From contig JAPDFW010000082.1 in assembly GCA_028826165.1 (NCBI GenBank), positions 251,466 to 315,465 on the forward strand: DNA of 64,000 bases. Direction: 5' to 3'. Both the position numbers and the translations under genes were made by a program. This document shows positions 36,386-49,076 of this stretch, in pieces. Numbering within the stretch: position 1 is the stretch's first letter; the number at the start of each line of letters is the position of its first letter. The stretch is from Anaeramoeba ignava BMAN. Its lineage: Eukaryota; Protista; Anaeramoebae. The notes under the pieces are model-generated. The model was given only the letters and a program-made list of their open reading frames with translations. It did not search any database and was not told the DNA's origin.

Positions 36386-39300
36386 ATGAATCCAAGAAAA
36401 CAAAAAGGAAAGAAAAATACAACAAATAAAAAAAAGGGAGTTGGTAGAGCAATTTTAAATAAAAAATATGGAAAACAACAACAAAACAAAAAACAAAACA
36501 AAAAAGAAATTGCAAAAGTAAATAAAATTGAAAAAATAAATTGAAAAAATAAATTGAAAAAAATAAATTGAAAAAATTAAATTGAAAAATAAATTGAAAA
36601 ATTAAAAAGAAAAATATTGAAATTGCTGATCAAAATCGAAGAAAAGAACCAACTTTAGTTTCTAAAACTGAAACTTCACAACTTGAAGAATTTTTAGAAA
36701 CTGCATTAACTGCTGATAAACAATTTATGACAACTGAATATAATGTAAAAATTATTGATGCAAGTAATTATAGTTCATTTTATGAATCAGAAATTAGAGT
36801 GACGAAAGAACAACAAGAATTGCAAAAAAAGCATGAACCTGACTTAAAAATTCCACGCAGGTAGTTTCAAAATAGCATTTAAAATATCAAAAAAATGTTT
36901 AATTTGTTATTTTTAAATTTTTTCTTTTAAATTATTTTTAAATTATTTCTTTTTTGAATTTTATTTAGACCTAAATGGACTTATTCAACAACTCCAACAG
37001 AACTTGAAAAAATAGAACAAGAAACCTTTTTAGAATGGCGAAGAAATATTGCAAATTGTTTTTAAAATTAAAGTCTAAAATTAAAATTAATAATAAAATC
37101 AAAATCAAAATTAAAATTAAAATTAATATTAAAATTAAAATTAAAATTAAAATTAAAATTAAAATTAAAATTAAAATTAAAATTAAAATTAAAATTAAAA
37201 TTAAAATTAAAATTAAAATTTATTAAAATTAAAATTAAAATTAAAATTAAAATTAAAATTAAAATTAAAATTAAAATCAAAATTATTAAAATCAAAATTA
37301 AAAATTAAAATTAAAATTAATTAAAATTAAATTAAAAATTAAAATTAAAATTAAAATTAAAATTAAAATTAAAATTAAAATTAAAATTAAAATTAAAATT
37401 AAAATTAAAATTAAAATTAAAATTAAAATTAAAATTAAAATTAAAATTAAAATTAAAATTAAAATTAAAATTAAAATTAAAATTAAAATTATTAAAATTA
37501 AAATTAAAATTAAAATTAATATTAAAATTAATATTAAAATTAAAATTAATATTAAAATTAAAATTAAAATTAAAATTAATATTAAAATTAAAATTAAAAT
37601 TAATATTAAAATTAAAATTAAACTTAGACTTGAAGAAAATGAACTTCTTGTTCTTTCTCCTTTTGAAAAAAATCTTGAAATTTGGAGACAACTTTGGAGA
37701 GTTTTGGAAAGAAGTCAGATCATTTTACAAATTGTTGATGCAAGAAATCCCCTTCTTTTTAGATCTAAAGATCTTGAGAATTATGCAAAAGAAATAGATC
37801 CAAATAAAAAAAATATTCTTCTTCTAAATAAAGCAGATTTAGTTCCTCTTAGATATCGTAAATTATGGGCAAAATATTTTATTGAAAAAGGAATAGATTT
37901 TATTTTTTTTTCAGCAGCTGAAGATATGAAATTAGGAGATATTATTCAAAATCAATTTAGTGAAAATGGAAATGAAAATCAAAATCAAAATGAAAATGAA
38001 AATCAAAATGAAAATGAAAATCAAAATCAAAATCAAAATCAAAATCAAAATCAAAATCAAAATCAAATTGAAAATCAAATTGAAAATCAAAATCAAAATC
38101 AAAATGAAAATGAAAATCAAATTGAAAATCAAAATCAAAATCAAATTGAAAATCAAATTGAAAACCAAATTGAAAATCAAATTGAAAATCAAATTGAAAA
38201 CCAAATTCAAAATCAAATTGAAAATCAAAATCAAATTGAAAATCAAATTGAAAATCAAAATGAAAATGAAAATCAAATTGAAAATGAAAATCAAAATCAA
38301 ATTGAAAATGAAAATAAAATTGAAAATAAAAATCAAATTGAAAATGAAAATCAAATTGAAAATCAAAATCAAAATGAAAATCAAATTGAAAATCAAAATC
38401 AAATTCAAAATCAAATTCAAAATCAAATTGAAAATCAAATTGAAAATAAAAATGAAAATGAAAATCAAATTGAAAATAAAAATGAAAATGAAAATCAAAT
38501 TGAAAATAAAAATGAAAATCAAATTGAAAATGAAAATCAAATTGAAAATCAAAATCAAATTGAAAATGAAAATCAAAATCAAATTGAAAATCAAATTGAA
38601 AATCAAAATCAAAATCAAAAAGGAAAAGAAATCAATCAATGTGAGATTTTTAGTACAAAAGATCTTATTCAAACACTAGAAAAATTAGGAGAAGAATTTG
38701 GATTTTTGAAAGATAGAGAAAGAGTAGTTATTGGGATGGTTGGATATCCAAATGTAGGAAAAAGCTCAACAGTAAACATACTACGGGGAATGAAAAAAGT
38801 AGCAGTAAGTTCAACACCTGGAAAAACGAAACATTTACAGACAATAGATATAGGAGAAAAAGTGACACTTTGTGATTGTCCAGGGTTAGTACTTCCAAGT
38901 TTTGTGGGAAGTAAACACGAATTTTTATGTAATGGAATCCTCTCAATTGATCAACTGAGAGATTTTCGCGGTCCAATAACTTATATTTGCTCAAAAATAC
39001 CAAGAGAAGCATTTGAAATGCTTTATGGAATCAAACTTCCCCCTCATAGACTTGGTGAAACTCGAAAAGATCATGTTAAACCATCAGATCTTCTTCAAGC
39101 ATATTCAAAAATGCGCAGTTGGATGTCAAAAGCTGGTATTCCTGATCAGTCAAGAGCTGCTCGAGTGATTTTGAAGGATTTTGTTTCAGGAAAATTACTT
39201 TATTGTCATCTTCCATTAAACTCAAATCAAAATGAAAATCAAAATCAAAATTTAAATCAAAATTTAAATCAAAATTTAAATCAAAATCAAAAATCAAATC

Positions 39301-39644
39301 AAAATCAAAAATCAAATCAAAAATCAAATCAAAAATCAAATCAAAATCAAAAATCAAATCAAAAATCAAATCAAAATGAAATTGAAATTCAACCTTGTAT
39401 CGAATTAATTCATAAATTAAAACCTTCTACTCAGAAATCTCATTCAAATAAAACTAAAAAAATTTCTCAAGAAAAAAATTTAAGAAATGAAAAAATTAAA
39501 CAAGAATTTCAAGATTATACTTTTTTCGAAAACCAAAAAAATGTTGAAGCAGTGACTAAAGGGAAAGAACAAGTTTATGGTTTTCGTCGTCTTCAACCAA
39601 AGCATGATATTTCAAAAGAAATTCCTTCGAAATCACGCAAATAA
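36386..39644 (+). CDS. LSG1: Large-subunit GTPase 1 (circularly permuted GTPase); 4 exons, third intron lacks an in-frame GT donor
   Basis: IPRRPKW, FLEWRR, SPFEKNLEIWRQLWRVLERS, VDARNPL, NKAD, GYPNVGKSS, TPGKTKH, DCPGL, RAARVILKDFVSGKLLYC. Confidence 0.95.
37075..37620. repeat. Intronic (AAAATT)n array
   Basis: Fills LSG1 intron 3. Confidence 0.92.
37962..38620 (+). repeat. In-frame N/Q/I/E microsatellite insert in LSG1
   Basis: AATCAA/AATGAA/ATTGAA units, stop-free in the LSG1 frame. Confidence 0.9.
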
Positions 39645-39919
39645 TCAAATTCTTTTTTTTTTAGATTCACAAATTTATTTTCTTTCCTTATTCATTTCAT
39701 TCAATTTAAAAAGAAAAACAAATTAAAATACTTTTATTTTTTTTTTAGAAATAAAATCTTTTGAAAATAAATTAGTGAAAAACAAATTTATTAAAAATTT
39801 TGATTAATTTTCTTTCTTAATTAAGAAAGAAAGAAACTAAAGTAAAAAAAAAAGAAATGAATAAATTGGATTTTTTTTTTCAACTATTTTTCGTTCAAAT
39901 CCAATTTTTCATTTTCATT

Positions 39920-40300
39920 TAAATTTTGATTTTGATTTTGAATTTGATTTTGATTTCCAATTTGATTTTGATTTTGATTTTGATTTAAATTTTAATTTTA
40001 ATTTTAATTTTGATTTTGAATTTTGATTTTCATTTTGATTTGATTTTGAATTTGAATTTAATTTTGAATTTGAATTTTGAATTTGATTTTGATTTTGATT
40101 TTGATTTTGAATTTGATTTTGATTTTGATTTTGATTTTGATTTTAATTTTAATTTTGAATTTGATTTTGATTTTAATTTTAATTTTGATTTTGATTTAAA
40201 TTTTGATTTAAATTTTGATTTTAAATTTGAATTTGAATTTTGGTTTTGATTTTGATTTTGATTTAAATTTTGATTTTGATTTTGATTTTGATTTTAATTT
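39920..40300. repeat. (TTTTGA)n array at mucolipin 3' end
   Basis: Visible tandem overlapping the predicted stop. Confidence 0.88.
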
Positions 40301-43300
40301 TGATTTGTATTTTCATTGTTTTTGTTTTTGTTTTGTTTTTGATTTTCATCAATAAAACTATTTGGATCTGAATCTGTGGAAGAAATCTATTGTTTTTTTT
40401 TTTAATTAATAAAAAAAAATCAATTTTCTAAATTTAAAAGAAGAAAAATATTGAATCCAAACTTTAGGTAAATATTGTTCATCTTTTTTTTTTGATTTCA
40501 CAGTATTTTGTTTATTAAAATCATCTGCATCAGAAAAAGAATAAGAATCAGAATCACTTTGACTAAAACTGAGTTGGTCTGAACCTAAAAATTGGGATAA
40601 ATGTTTTTGGATCAAATCCGGATTTTTTGAAATTTCTTCATCAGAGAAAATATGTTCCAATTCAGAATCACTTGGCAAATCTTTAATTTCTTGTTTTGGA
40701 AATTCTTGACCTGTTTGGATTTCAATTCCAGCTTTTTCAATTTTATCATCCATAATAAATTTTTTGAGTTGATGTCTTGCTTCCAAATGTTTTGGTCTTC
40801 TTTGTTTTTCAGCTCTAATATATGAAGCCTCAATAATTGTGATAAAAATATTCAACCAAACATACATAAATATGCATATAAATGTATAAACATAAATTCT
40901 TGCAACAACAGCTAGTAATCCACTTTTACGATATGTTCTATTGAATGTATCCCGAATAACATCTCCGTTTAAAACTGCAAATAATGTTAAAAAAGATTGA
41001 TCGATTGTGGCGAAATATTGTGAATAGTTTCCAAATAATATTGTTCCCATAACTATTTTTAAATTCAATTCAATTCAATATTTAATATTCAATCCAATAT
41101 TCAATTTAAATAAATACTTAATATTTAATTTTCAATTTAATTAAATATTTAATATTTAATTTAATATTTAATATTTAGTATTCAATTCAATTCAATTCAA
41201 TTCAATTTAAATAAATATTCAATTCAATATTCAATATTTAATATTCAATTCAATTTAAATAAATATTTAATATTCAATTTATTAAATATTTAATATTTAA
41301 TTTAATATTCAATTAATTCAATATTCAATATTCAATTTAAATAAATATTGAATTCAATATTCAATATTCAATTTAAATAAATATTCAATTCAATATTCAA
41401 TATTTAATATTTAATTTAAATAAATATTTAGTATTCAATTTAAATAAATATTTAATTTAAACTAATATTCAATTTAAATAAATATTTAATATTTAATTTA
41501 ATATTCAATTTAAATAGATATTCAATTCAATTAAATATTTAATATTTAATATTTAATATTCAATTTAAATAAATATTTAATATTCAATTTAATTAAATAT
41601 TTAATATTTAATTTAATATTCAATTTAAATTAAATATTTAATATTTAATTTAATATTCAATTTAATTTAATATTTAATATTCAAATATTTAATATTCAAT
41701 TTAATATTTAATTTAATATTCAATTTAATTAAATATTTAATATTTAATTTAATATTTAATTTAAATAAATATTTAATTTAAATAAATATTTAATTTAAAA
41801 TAAATATTTAATATTCAATTCAATTCAATTCAATTCAATATTTAATTTAAATAAATATTTAATATTTAATTCAATATTCAATTTAAATAAATATTTAATA
41901 TTTAATTCAATATTCAATTTAAATAAATATTTAATATTTAATTCAATATTCAATTTAAATAAATATTTAATATTTAATTCAATATTCAATTTAAATAAAT
42001 ATTTAATATTCAATTTAAATAAATATTTAATATTTAATTCAATATTCAATTTAAATAAATATTTAATATTTAATTCAATATTCAATTTAAATAAATATTC
42101 AATTTAATTAAATATTTAATATTTCAAAATGTTTTTGTTGTTTTTACATGCATAACCCATAAATATTGGAAATGTTCCAAGTAAATGCCTAAGTACATGT
42201 GGTATTGCTTGCCTAAGTGTAAGAATCATGAAATAAAATTTTGGACTCCATTGGAAATATCTTATTTTTTAAAGAAAGTTAAAATATTAAATATTTTGAA
42301 TTTTGAATTTTGAATTTTGAATTTTGAATTTTAATTGATTTACCCAGTCATACTTCCTAAAGTTAATAAACATGCAATCCCAAGAAATATATTATCAGTA
42401 TAACTCGATTGCTCATTTCCACCAGCATATCTTAAAAGAAAATAAATTTCTGAAGCAATATTAACCAAACTACTCAACATTGAAAAAACATGCCAAAAAT
42501 CAAAAAAAGCCAATCGAAATTCACTTTTATTTCTGAAAAATGTATTATTTGGTTCTGATGATAATTGTGATTTTGAGGAATTTTTCACACTTTCTTCATA
42601 AAAGAATTTTGTTTGCTAAGAAAAAAAAACATTTTTTTTATAAATAAATATTCTAAATAAATTCCCTTATAATTTTTTTTTAAAAGAATTTTTTCAAAGG
42701 TTTACTTTATATAATTTGTATTCATGAATAACTGTTCGAAGTGTTAAAATCACATTTAATGCAGAAAAAACAATAATAAAAAATCCAATTAAAACGATTG
42801 ATGTTTTGAATTGTATTCTCATTGGCACTAAAATAAATATAAATAAGGGAGAGAAGTTTTGAATTTGAATTTGAATTTGAATTTGAATTTTGAATTTGAA
42901 TTTTGAATTTGATTTTAATTTTGATTTTAATTTTAATTTTAATTTTGATTTTGATTTTGATTTTTAATTTGATTTTCATTTTGATTTTGATTTTGATTTT
43001 GATTTTCATATTGATTTAGATTTAGATTTTGATTTTGATTTTGAATTTGATATTGATTTTGAATTTGATTTTGATTTTGATTTTGAATTTCGATTTTGAT
43101 TTTGATTTTGATTTTGATTTTGATTTTGATTTTGATTTTGAATTTCGATTTTGATTTTGATTTTGATTTTGATTTTGAATTTGAATTTTGAATTTGAATT
43201 TGATTTTGATTTTGATTTAAATTTTGATTTTGATTTTGATTTTGATTTTGAATTTGATTTTCATTTTGATTTAGATTTTGATTTAAATTTTGATTTTGAT

Positions 43301-45252
43301 TTTGATTTTGATTTTGAATTTGAATTTGAATTTGATTTTGAATTTGATTTTCATTTTGAATTTGATTTCGATTTTGATTTAGATTTAAATTTTGATTTTG
43401 ATTTTGATTTTCATATTGATTTAGATTTTGATTTTCATTTTGATTTAGATTTAGATTTTGATTTTGATATTGATTTTTATACTATTAAAAGAACTAGAAC
43501 ATTGGCCAATAATAGGTTCAAGAGTGACATAAATAACTCCACCACGTGAAATATAATTAAAACTTGTCTAAATTTTAATAAAATAAAATAAAATAAAGAT
43601 TTTAGAAAGATAACAAAACAGCATTAAAATAGTATCCAAATATACTTTAACTTCCCAAGAAGTACAAACAGGAGGATTTGCAGGAAATAACTCCATAATA
43701 TAAAAAGATAAATAAGCAGAATGAAAAGTAGACATAAAATCCATCATTTCTGAATTACTTTTATTAGCAAAAGGACCAATAGGATTTGATTCGCAAAGAA
43801 TGTATTTTTCTGTATTTATTAAAAAATGATTAAATAATTATTTCTTGATGAGAAACACTTTATATTAGCAATCCCTTTTTATATAATACCTTCTGTTGTT
43901 TCAAGATTTCTTCTTCCTAAAGTTGATATATCATTAAATTTGGATTTGGAATATTGGCTAATTGTTAATGTTGGACACTTGATACTTCCGTTATAATTTC
44001 GTGGAAAACTTTTTTTGAATTTGATTTTGATTTTGAATTTGATTTTGATTTTAATTTTGAATTTGATTTTCATTTTGATTTTGATTTTGATTTTGATTTT
44101 GATTTTGATTTTGATTTTGATTTTGATTTTGATTTTGATTTTGATTTTGATTTTAAATTTTGATTTTGATTTTGATTTTGATTTTCATTTTTAATTTGAT
44201 TTTTAAATTTTGATTTTGATTTTGATTTTGATTTTGAATTTTAATTTTGATTTTGATTTTGATTTTGATTTTGATTTTGAATTTGATTTTGATTTTGATT
44301 TTGATTTTGATTTTGATTTTGATTTTAATTTTGATTTTGATTTTGAATTTGATTTTGAATTTGATTTTGAATTTGAATTTGATTTTGATTTTGAATTTGA
44401 ATTTTGATTTTGAATTTGATTTTGATTTTGAATTTGATTTTGATTTTGATTTTGATTTTGATTTTGATTTTGATTTTGATTTTGAATTTTGAATTTGATT
44501 TTGATTTTGATTTTGATTTTGATATTGATTTTGAATTTGATTTTGAATTTGATTTTGATTTTGATTTTGATTTTAATTTTGATTTTAATTTTGATTTTCA
44601 TTTTGATTTTGATTTTGAATTTGATTTTGATTTTGATTTTGATTTTGAATTTGGATTTGATTTTGAATTTGAATTTATAAATGAATTTATAAATGAATTT
44701 GATTTTGATTTAATTACTCAAAAAATCCCACAACAGTTGAATTGAATGTAAAATATTGCTCAACAATATCACCAATAAGTTGAATAAAATCATGGGAACT
44801 AGTCACAGTAAATTCAAGTTCACCATCCATTGTATCGAAATAAGAACTATAACCTGGTAGAAAAACTTCTGCTAACATTGATTCTGTATTTGATATAAAG
44901 GGTATTTGATGTTTTGTTCTGTAAATAACCTATTGAGTAAAAATTAGTCATTAAATTAAATACAAAATAATGAATATAGAAAGTTTTTATATGCTGATGA
45001 ATATATTGTTTTTTTTTGTTTTGGATATTTTTTTGATTGATTGATTTTTTGTTATTTTTTTTTGGAAATTAATTCAATTTTAACTTGTGCTGTTAAAAGT
45101 GCAAATATTGTAACTCTAAATAGAAATTTATACGGTATTCTGTGATATTTTATTAATTTTGCCCATGGACTTAATGTTAGGTAATCTTTTGGTGGAATTG
45201 GTTTCAATTTAAAACCACAAAATGTTGTTGTTTTTTCTTGATTTGTTGTCAT
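40294..45252 (-). CDS. Mucolipin (TRPML)-like cation channel; 10 exons
   Basis: LSPWAKLIKYHRIPYK N-terminus, luminal loop with Cys pairs, TM segments, pore LFAVLNGDVIRDTF, IYVYTFICIFMYVWLNIFITII. Nine GT-AG introns, frame-consistent. Confidence 0.9.
41060..42125. repeat. Intronic composite AATATT(T/C)/AATTT array with a longer higher-order unit
   Basis: Visible tandem in mucolipin intron; 41825-42085 translates as repeated NIELNIKYLFKL. Confidence 0.88.
42860..44710. repeat. Two intronic (TTTTGA)n arrays (42860-43475 and 44015-44710) separated by exons
   Basis: Visible tandems in mucolipin introns. Confidence 0.88.
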
Positions 45253-45329
45253 TTTTATTTATTTTTTCAAAAAAAAAAGAAAAACAAAGAAAAAAATGGT
45301 TTACGAAAAAAAATAAAATTCTTTTCTTT

Positions 45330-46300
45330 CATTATTTTGAATATATTAAATATTTTGAATATTTTGGATATATTAATTATTTTGAATATATTAAATATTT
45401 TGGATATATTAAATATTTTGGATATATTAAATATTTTGAATATTTTGGATATATTAAATATTTTGAATATATTGAATATTTTGAATATATTGAATATTTT
45501 GGATATATTAAATATTTTGGATATTTTGGATATATTAAATATTTTGAATATTTTGAATATTTTGAATATTTTGGATATTTTGGATATATTGAATATTTTG
45601 GATATTTAATTATTTTTGAATATATTGAATATATTAAATATATTCAATATTTTAAATATTTTGGATATATTAAATATATTGAAATTATTTTAAATATTTT
45701 GGATATTTTTGATATTAATTTTGGATATTTTAAATATTTTAAATATTTTCATTATTTTGAATATTTTGAATATTTTGAATATTTTGAATATTTTGGATAT
45801 ATTGAATATTTTGAATATATTGAATATTTTGAATATTTGGATATTTTAAATATATTAATTATTTTAAATATTTTGAATATTTTGGATATTTTGAATATTT
45901 TGAATATATTGAATATTTTGAATATTTTGGATATATTAAATATTTGGATATTTTGAATATTTTGAATATTTTGGATATATTAAATATTTTTGAATATTTT
46001 GAATATATTAAATATTTTGAATATTTTGGAATATTTTGGATATTTTAAATATATTAAATATATTAAATATATTGAATATTTTGGATATATTAAATATTTT
46101 GGATATTTTTGAATATATTAAATATTTTGGATATATTAAATATTTTGAATATATTAAATATTTTGAATATATTGAATATTTTGAATATATTAAATATTTT
46201 GAATATTTTAAATATTTTGAATATTTTAAATATATTAAATATTTTGAATATTTTAAATATTTTGGATATTTTAAATATTTTGGATATATTAAATATTTTC
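45330..46300. repeat. Intergenic 9-mer array (ATATTTTGA/ATATATTAA/ATATTTTGG)
   Basis: Period-9 tandem between the NAA80-like 3' end and the mucolipin start. Confidence 0.9.
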
Positions 46301-46379
46301 AATTATTCTAATTATTTTCATTGTTTTCATTATTTTCAATATTTTCATTATTTTCATTATTTTGATTAGTTTGAATATA

Positions 46380-47003
46380 TTAAATATTTTCATTATTTTC
46401 ATTGTTTTCATTATTTTCATTGTTTTCATTATTTTCAATATTTTCATTATTTTCATTATTTTGATTAATATTTTTCTTTAACCAAATTATTCCACTTTCT
46501 TTGTTTACACCTTTTGATTGAAAAGATGAACAAAAAATTTTAAGTTGTTCAGAGTTATATTGTTTTGCAAGTAAACCCAAAGAAGAAACTGGTTCACTAT
46601 CAACATAACCAAGATGACGATAAAAACCTTCTTGATCTTTTGTGGATAAATAAAGAGTTTCTGCGCCTCTCTTTGCTGCATAATTTTCAGTGCCTTCCAT
46701 AATCATTCTCCCATATCCTTTCCCTCTTTTCCCTTTATCAACAACAACTGACTCAATAAGAATCTTATTAAATCCAATAGTATCAACACTACAAACAAGA
46801 GATAATCGACTATGTGCAATTACAATAGGTTCTTCATTTTGATTTTCATTCAAATTTTCTTTTTCTTCAATTAATAATAAACTTAATGGGAAATCATCAA
46901 AAGATTTTTCTAAATTTGTTTTACGTGCAAAATCACTATATTTTTTTATTAATTCAGTTATTTCTTCTTCTGTTTTTTTTGTTTTTTTTACCTTCTTTTC
47001 CAT
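46380..47003 (-). CDS. GNAT acetyltransferase, NAA80 (actin N-terminal acetyltransferase)-like
   Basis: SFDDFPLSLLL, HSRLS, ESVVV...RGKGYG acetyl-CoA loop, LYLSTKDQEGFYRHLGY. Confidence 0.75.
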   Translation of the reverse strand: MEKKVKKTKKTEEEITELIKKYSDFARKTNLEKSFDDFPLSLLLIEEKENLNENQNEEPIVIAHSRLSLVCSVDTIGFNKILIESVVVDKGKRGKGYGRMIMEGTENYAAKRGAETLYLSTKDQEGFYRHLGYVDSEPVSSLGLLAKQYNSEQLKIFCSSFQSKGVNKESGIIWLKKNINQNNENNENIENNENNENNENNENNENI

Positions 47004-47274
47004 TCAGAATTTAATAATTTTACAGTTTGAGGAATTAAATCAAATTTTTTATATTTATGAATTTCAACAATTTTCAAATTCATTTCAAAATAAGAAATCG
47101 GAAAAAAAAAAATAAAAAAATGAAAAAAACAAAATCAATCAAAATTCCAAAAAAAAAATTTCTTTATTTGATTCTTTTTAGTTTAATTGAAAAAAAATCA
47201 AAAAAAATTAAAAAAGAATTTTTGATTATTTTAAAAATTTTTTTTGAAGATTCTTTTAATTTTAAGAATTTAAT

Positions 47275-48507
47275 TTATTGGTTCTTAATAGGTAATGTGG
47301 AAACAAATCCCACAATGAAAATAGATGAAGCAGAAGAAGCAATTAAATTTGAAGCAGGTTCAAATGATCCAAAAATGTAAAAGATGAAAATTAAAGCAAC
47401 GAAGATATAAAATATTAAGTTATAGAAAATTGAAAATGAGATTGCTTCTTTCTTAATAAGATTTAAAATATCTTTTTTAGCTTGACTTGGTCCATCTGTG
47501 TTTTCTTTTTTGTTTTTGTTTCTAATTTGTTGTTCTTTATTTGTAAACATTCTAAAGAATTAAAATTCATTTATAAAATTAAAATTAAAATTAAAATTAA
47601 AATTAAAATTCATTTATAAAATTAAAATTAAAATTAAAATGAAAATTAAAATTAAAATTCATTTATAAAATTAAAACTAAAATTCAAATTAAAAATTAAA
47701 ATTAAAATTAAAATTAAAATTAAAATTAAAATCAAAATTAAAATTAAAATTAAAATTAAAATTAAAATTAAAATTAAAATTAAAATTAAAATTAAAATTA
47801 AAATTAAAATTAAAATTAAAATTAAAATTAATATTAAAATTAAAATTAAAATTAAAATCAAAATTAAAATTAAAATTCATTTATAAAATTAAAATTAAAA
47901 TTAAAATTAAAATTAAAATTAAAATTAAAATTAAAATTAAAATTCATTTAAAATTAAAATTAAAATTAAAATTAAAATTAAAATTAAAATTAAAATTAAA
48001 ATTAAAATTGAAATTAAAATTAAAATTAAAATTAAAATTAAAATTCATTTATAAAATCAAATTTAAAATTAAAATTAAAATTAAAATTAAAATTAAAATT
48101 AAAATTGAAATTAAAATTAAAATTAAAATTAAAATTAAAATTATTTACTTGAAACGTAAAGAAAATGTTGTGTTATGAAGAGGTAAAACTAATAAAAGCC
48201 CAGAAAAAATTGAATTAAAGATAAAAAGAAGCCACCATTCAAGAAACTTTAATTGGAATATTGTAATGAAAATATCTTAAAAATTAAAATTACAAAAGAA
48301 ATGAAAAATTTATTAATTTTAAATTTTAAATTGATTTAAAACAATTATTATACAATTTATTAAATGTGACGCTATAAATCCTGTTGCAAAATAAAGTGTT
48401 TGTTGTTTTTTTGTTGATTTAACTCCTGTATCTTCTAATTTTTGTGCAATTATTTTATCAAATTCTGCTAAATCTTTGTCTAATTGTGAATTTTTTGTTT
48501 TAGACAT
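47275..48507 (-). CDS. SSR3: Translocon-associated protein gamma; 3 exons
   Basis: Four hydrophobic segments; EAISFSIFYN...FYIFGSFEPASNLIASSASS matches the TRAP-gamma C-terminus. Confidence 0.82.
47560..48145. repeat. Intronic (AAAATT)n/TCATTTATA array
   Basis: Fills SSR3 intron 2. Confidence 0.9.
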
Positions 48508-49076
48508 TTTAATTTAGAAAAAAAAAAAGAAATTAAAGAAAGAAAAAAAATGAAAAAAAAAAATAAAAAAAATTTTTTTTGTTTAAATAGAAAAAACTGA
48601 CTAATAATTATTATTTTTTAAGTAATAATTTTATTTATTTTTGTTTTATTCAGAAATGATAAAAATTAAATGTTTTTCTTCTTTTTTATGTTGATGTTTT
48701 TATTCAGAAATGATAAGAATTAAATGTTTTCTTCTTATTTTTGTTTTCCTTTTTGTTTTTGTTTTTGTTTTTTTAAAAGAAAGAAAAAAGGAGAAAAAAA
48801 GAGAGAAAAAAATTTTTTTTCTTTTTGGGTCAAAATAAAATTAAAAAATTAAAAAATTGAAAAGGAAATTTAATATTAAAATTAAAATGAGTATTATTTT
48901 TAGTTAATTTTAGTTAATTTTATTTAATTTTATTTATTAAATTTTTGGATTAGAATAAGTTGAGTCATTTTTTTTTTAATAAATTTTTTTTTTTCACTTT
49001 TTCACTTTTTCATTTCTTTTAAATTTAGAACTTAAAAAGAAAAATAAAGAAAAATAAAGAAAAACAAAGAAAAACA

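Noticed and set aside
37055-37629. U12-type AT-AC reading of LSG1 intron 3 (A|ATTGTT...AGAC|TT)
   Set aside because: In frame, but lacks the ATATCC donor and TCCTTAAC branch consensus and deletes one residue from a gap-free conserved segment.
37960-38622. Intein in LSG1, hydA or the AAA ATPase
   Set aside because: Inserts are low-complexity, with no C/S...HN-C/S/T junctions or homing-endonuclease motifs visible.
48644-48737. Two copies of TTTTATTCAGAAATGATAA(A/G)AATTAAATGTTTT in the SSR3/AAA spacer
   Set aside because: Simple local duplication of about 40 nt with no further copies or element hallmarks.
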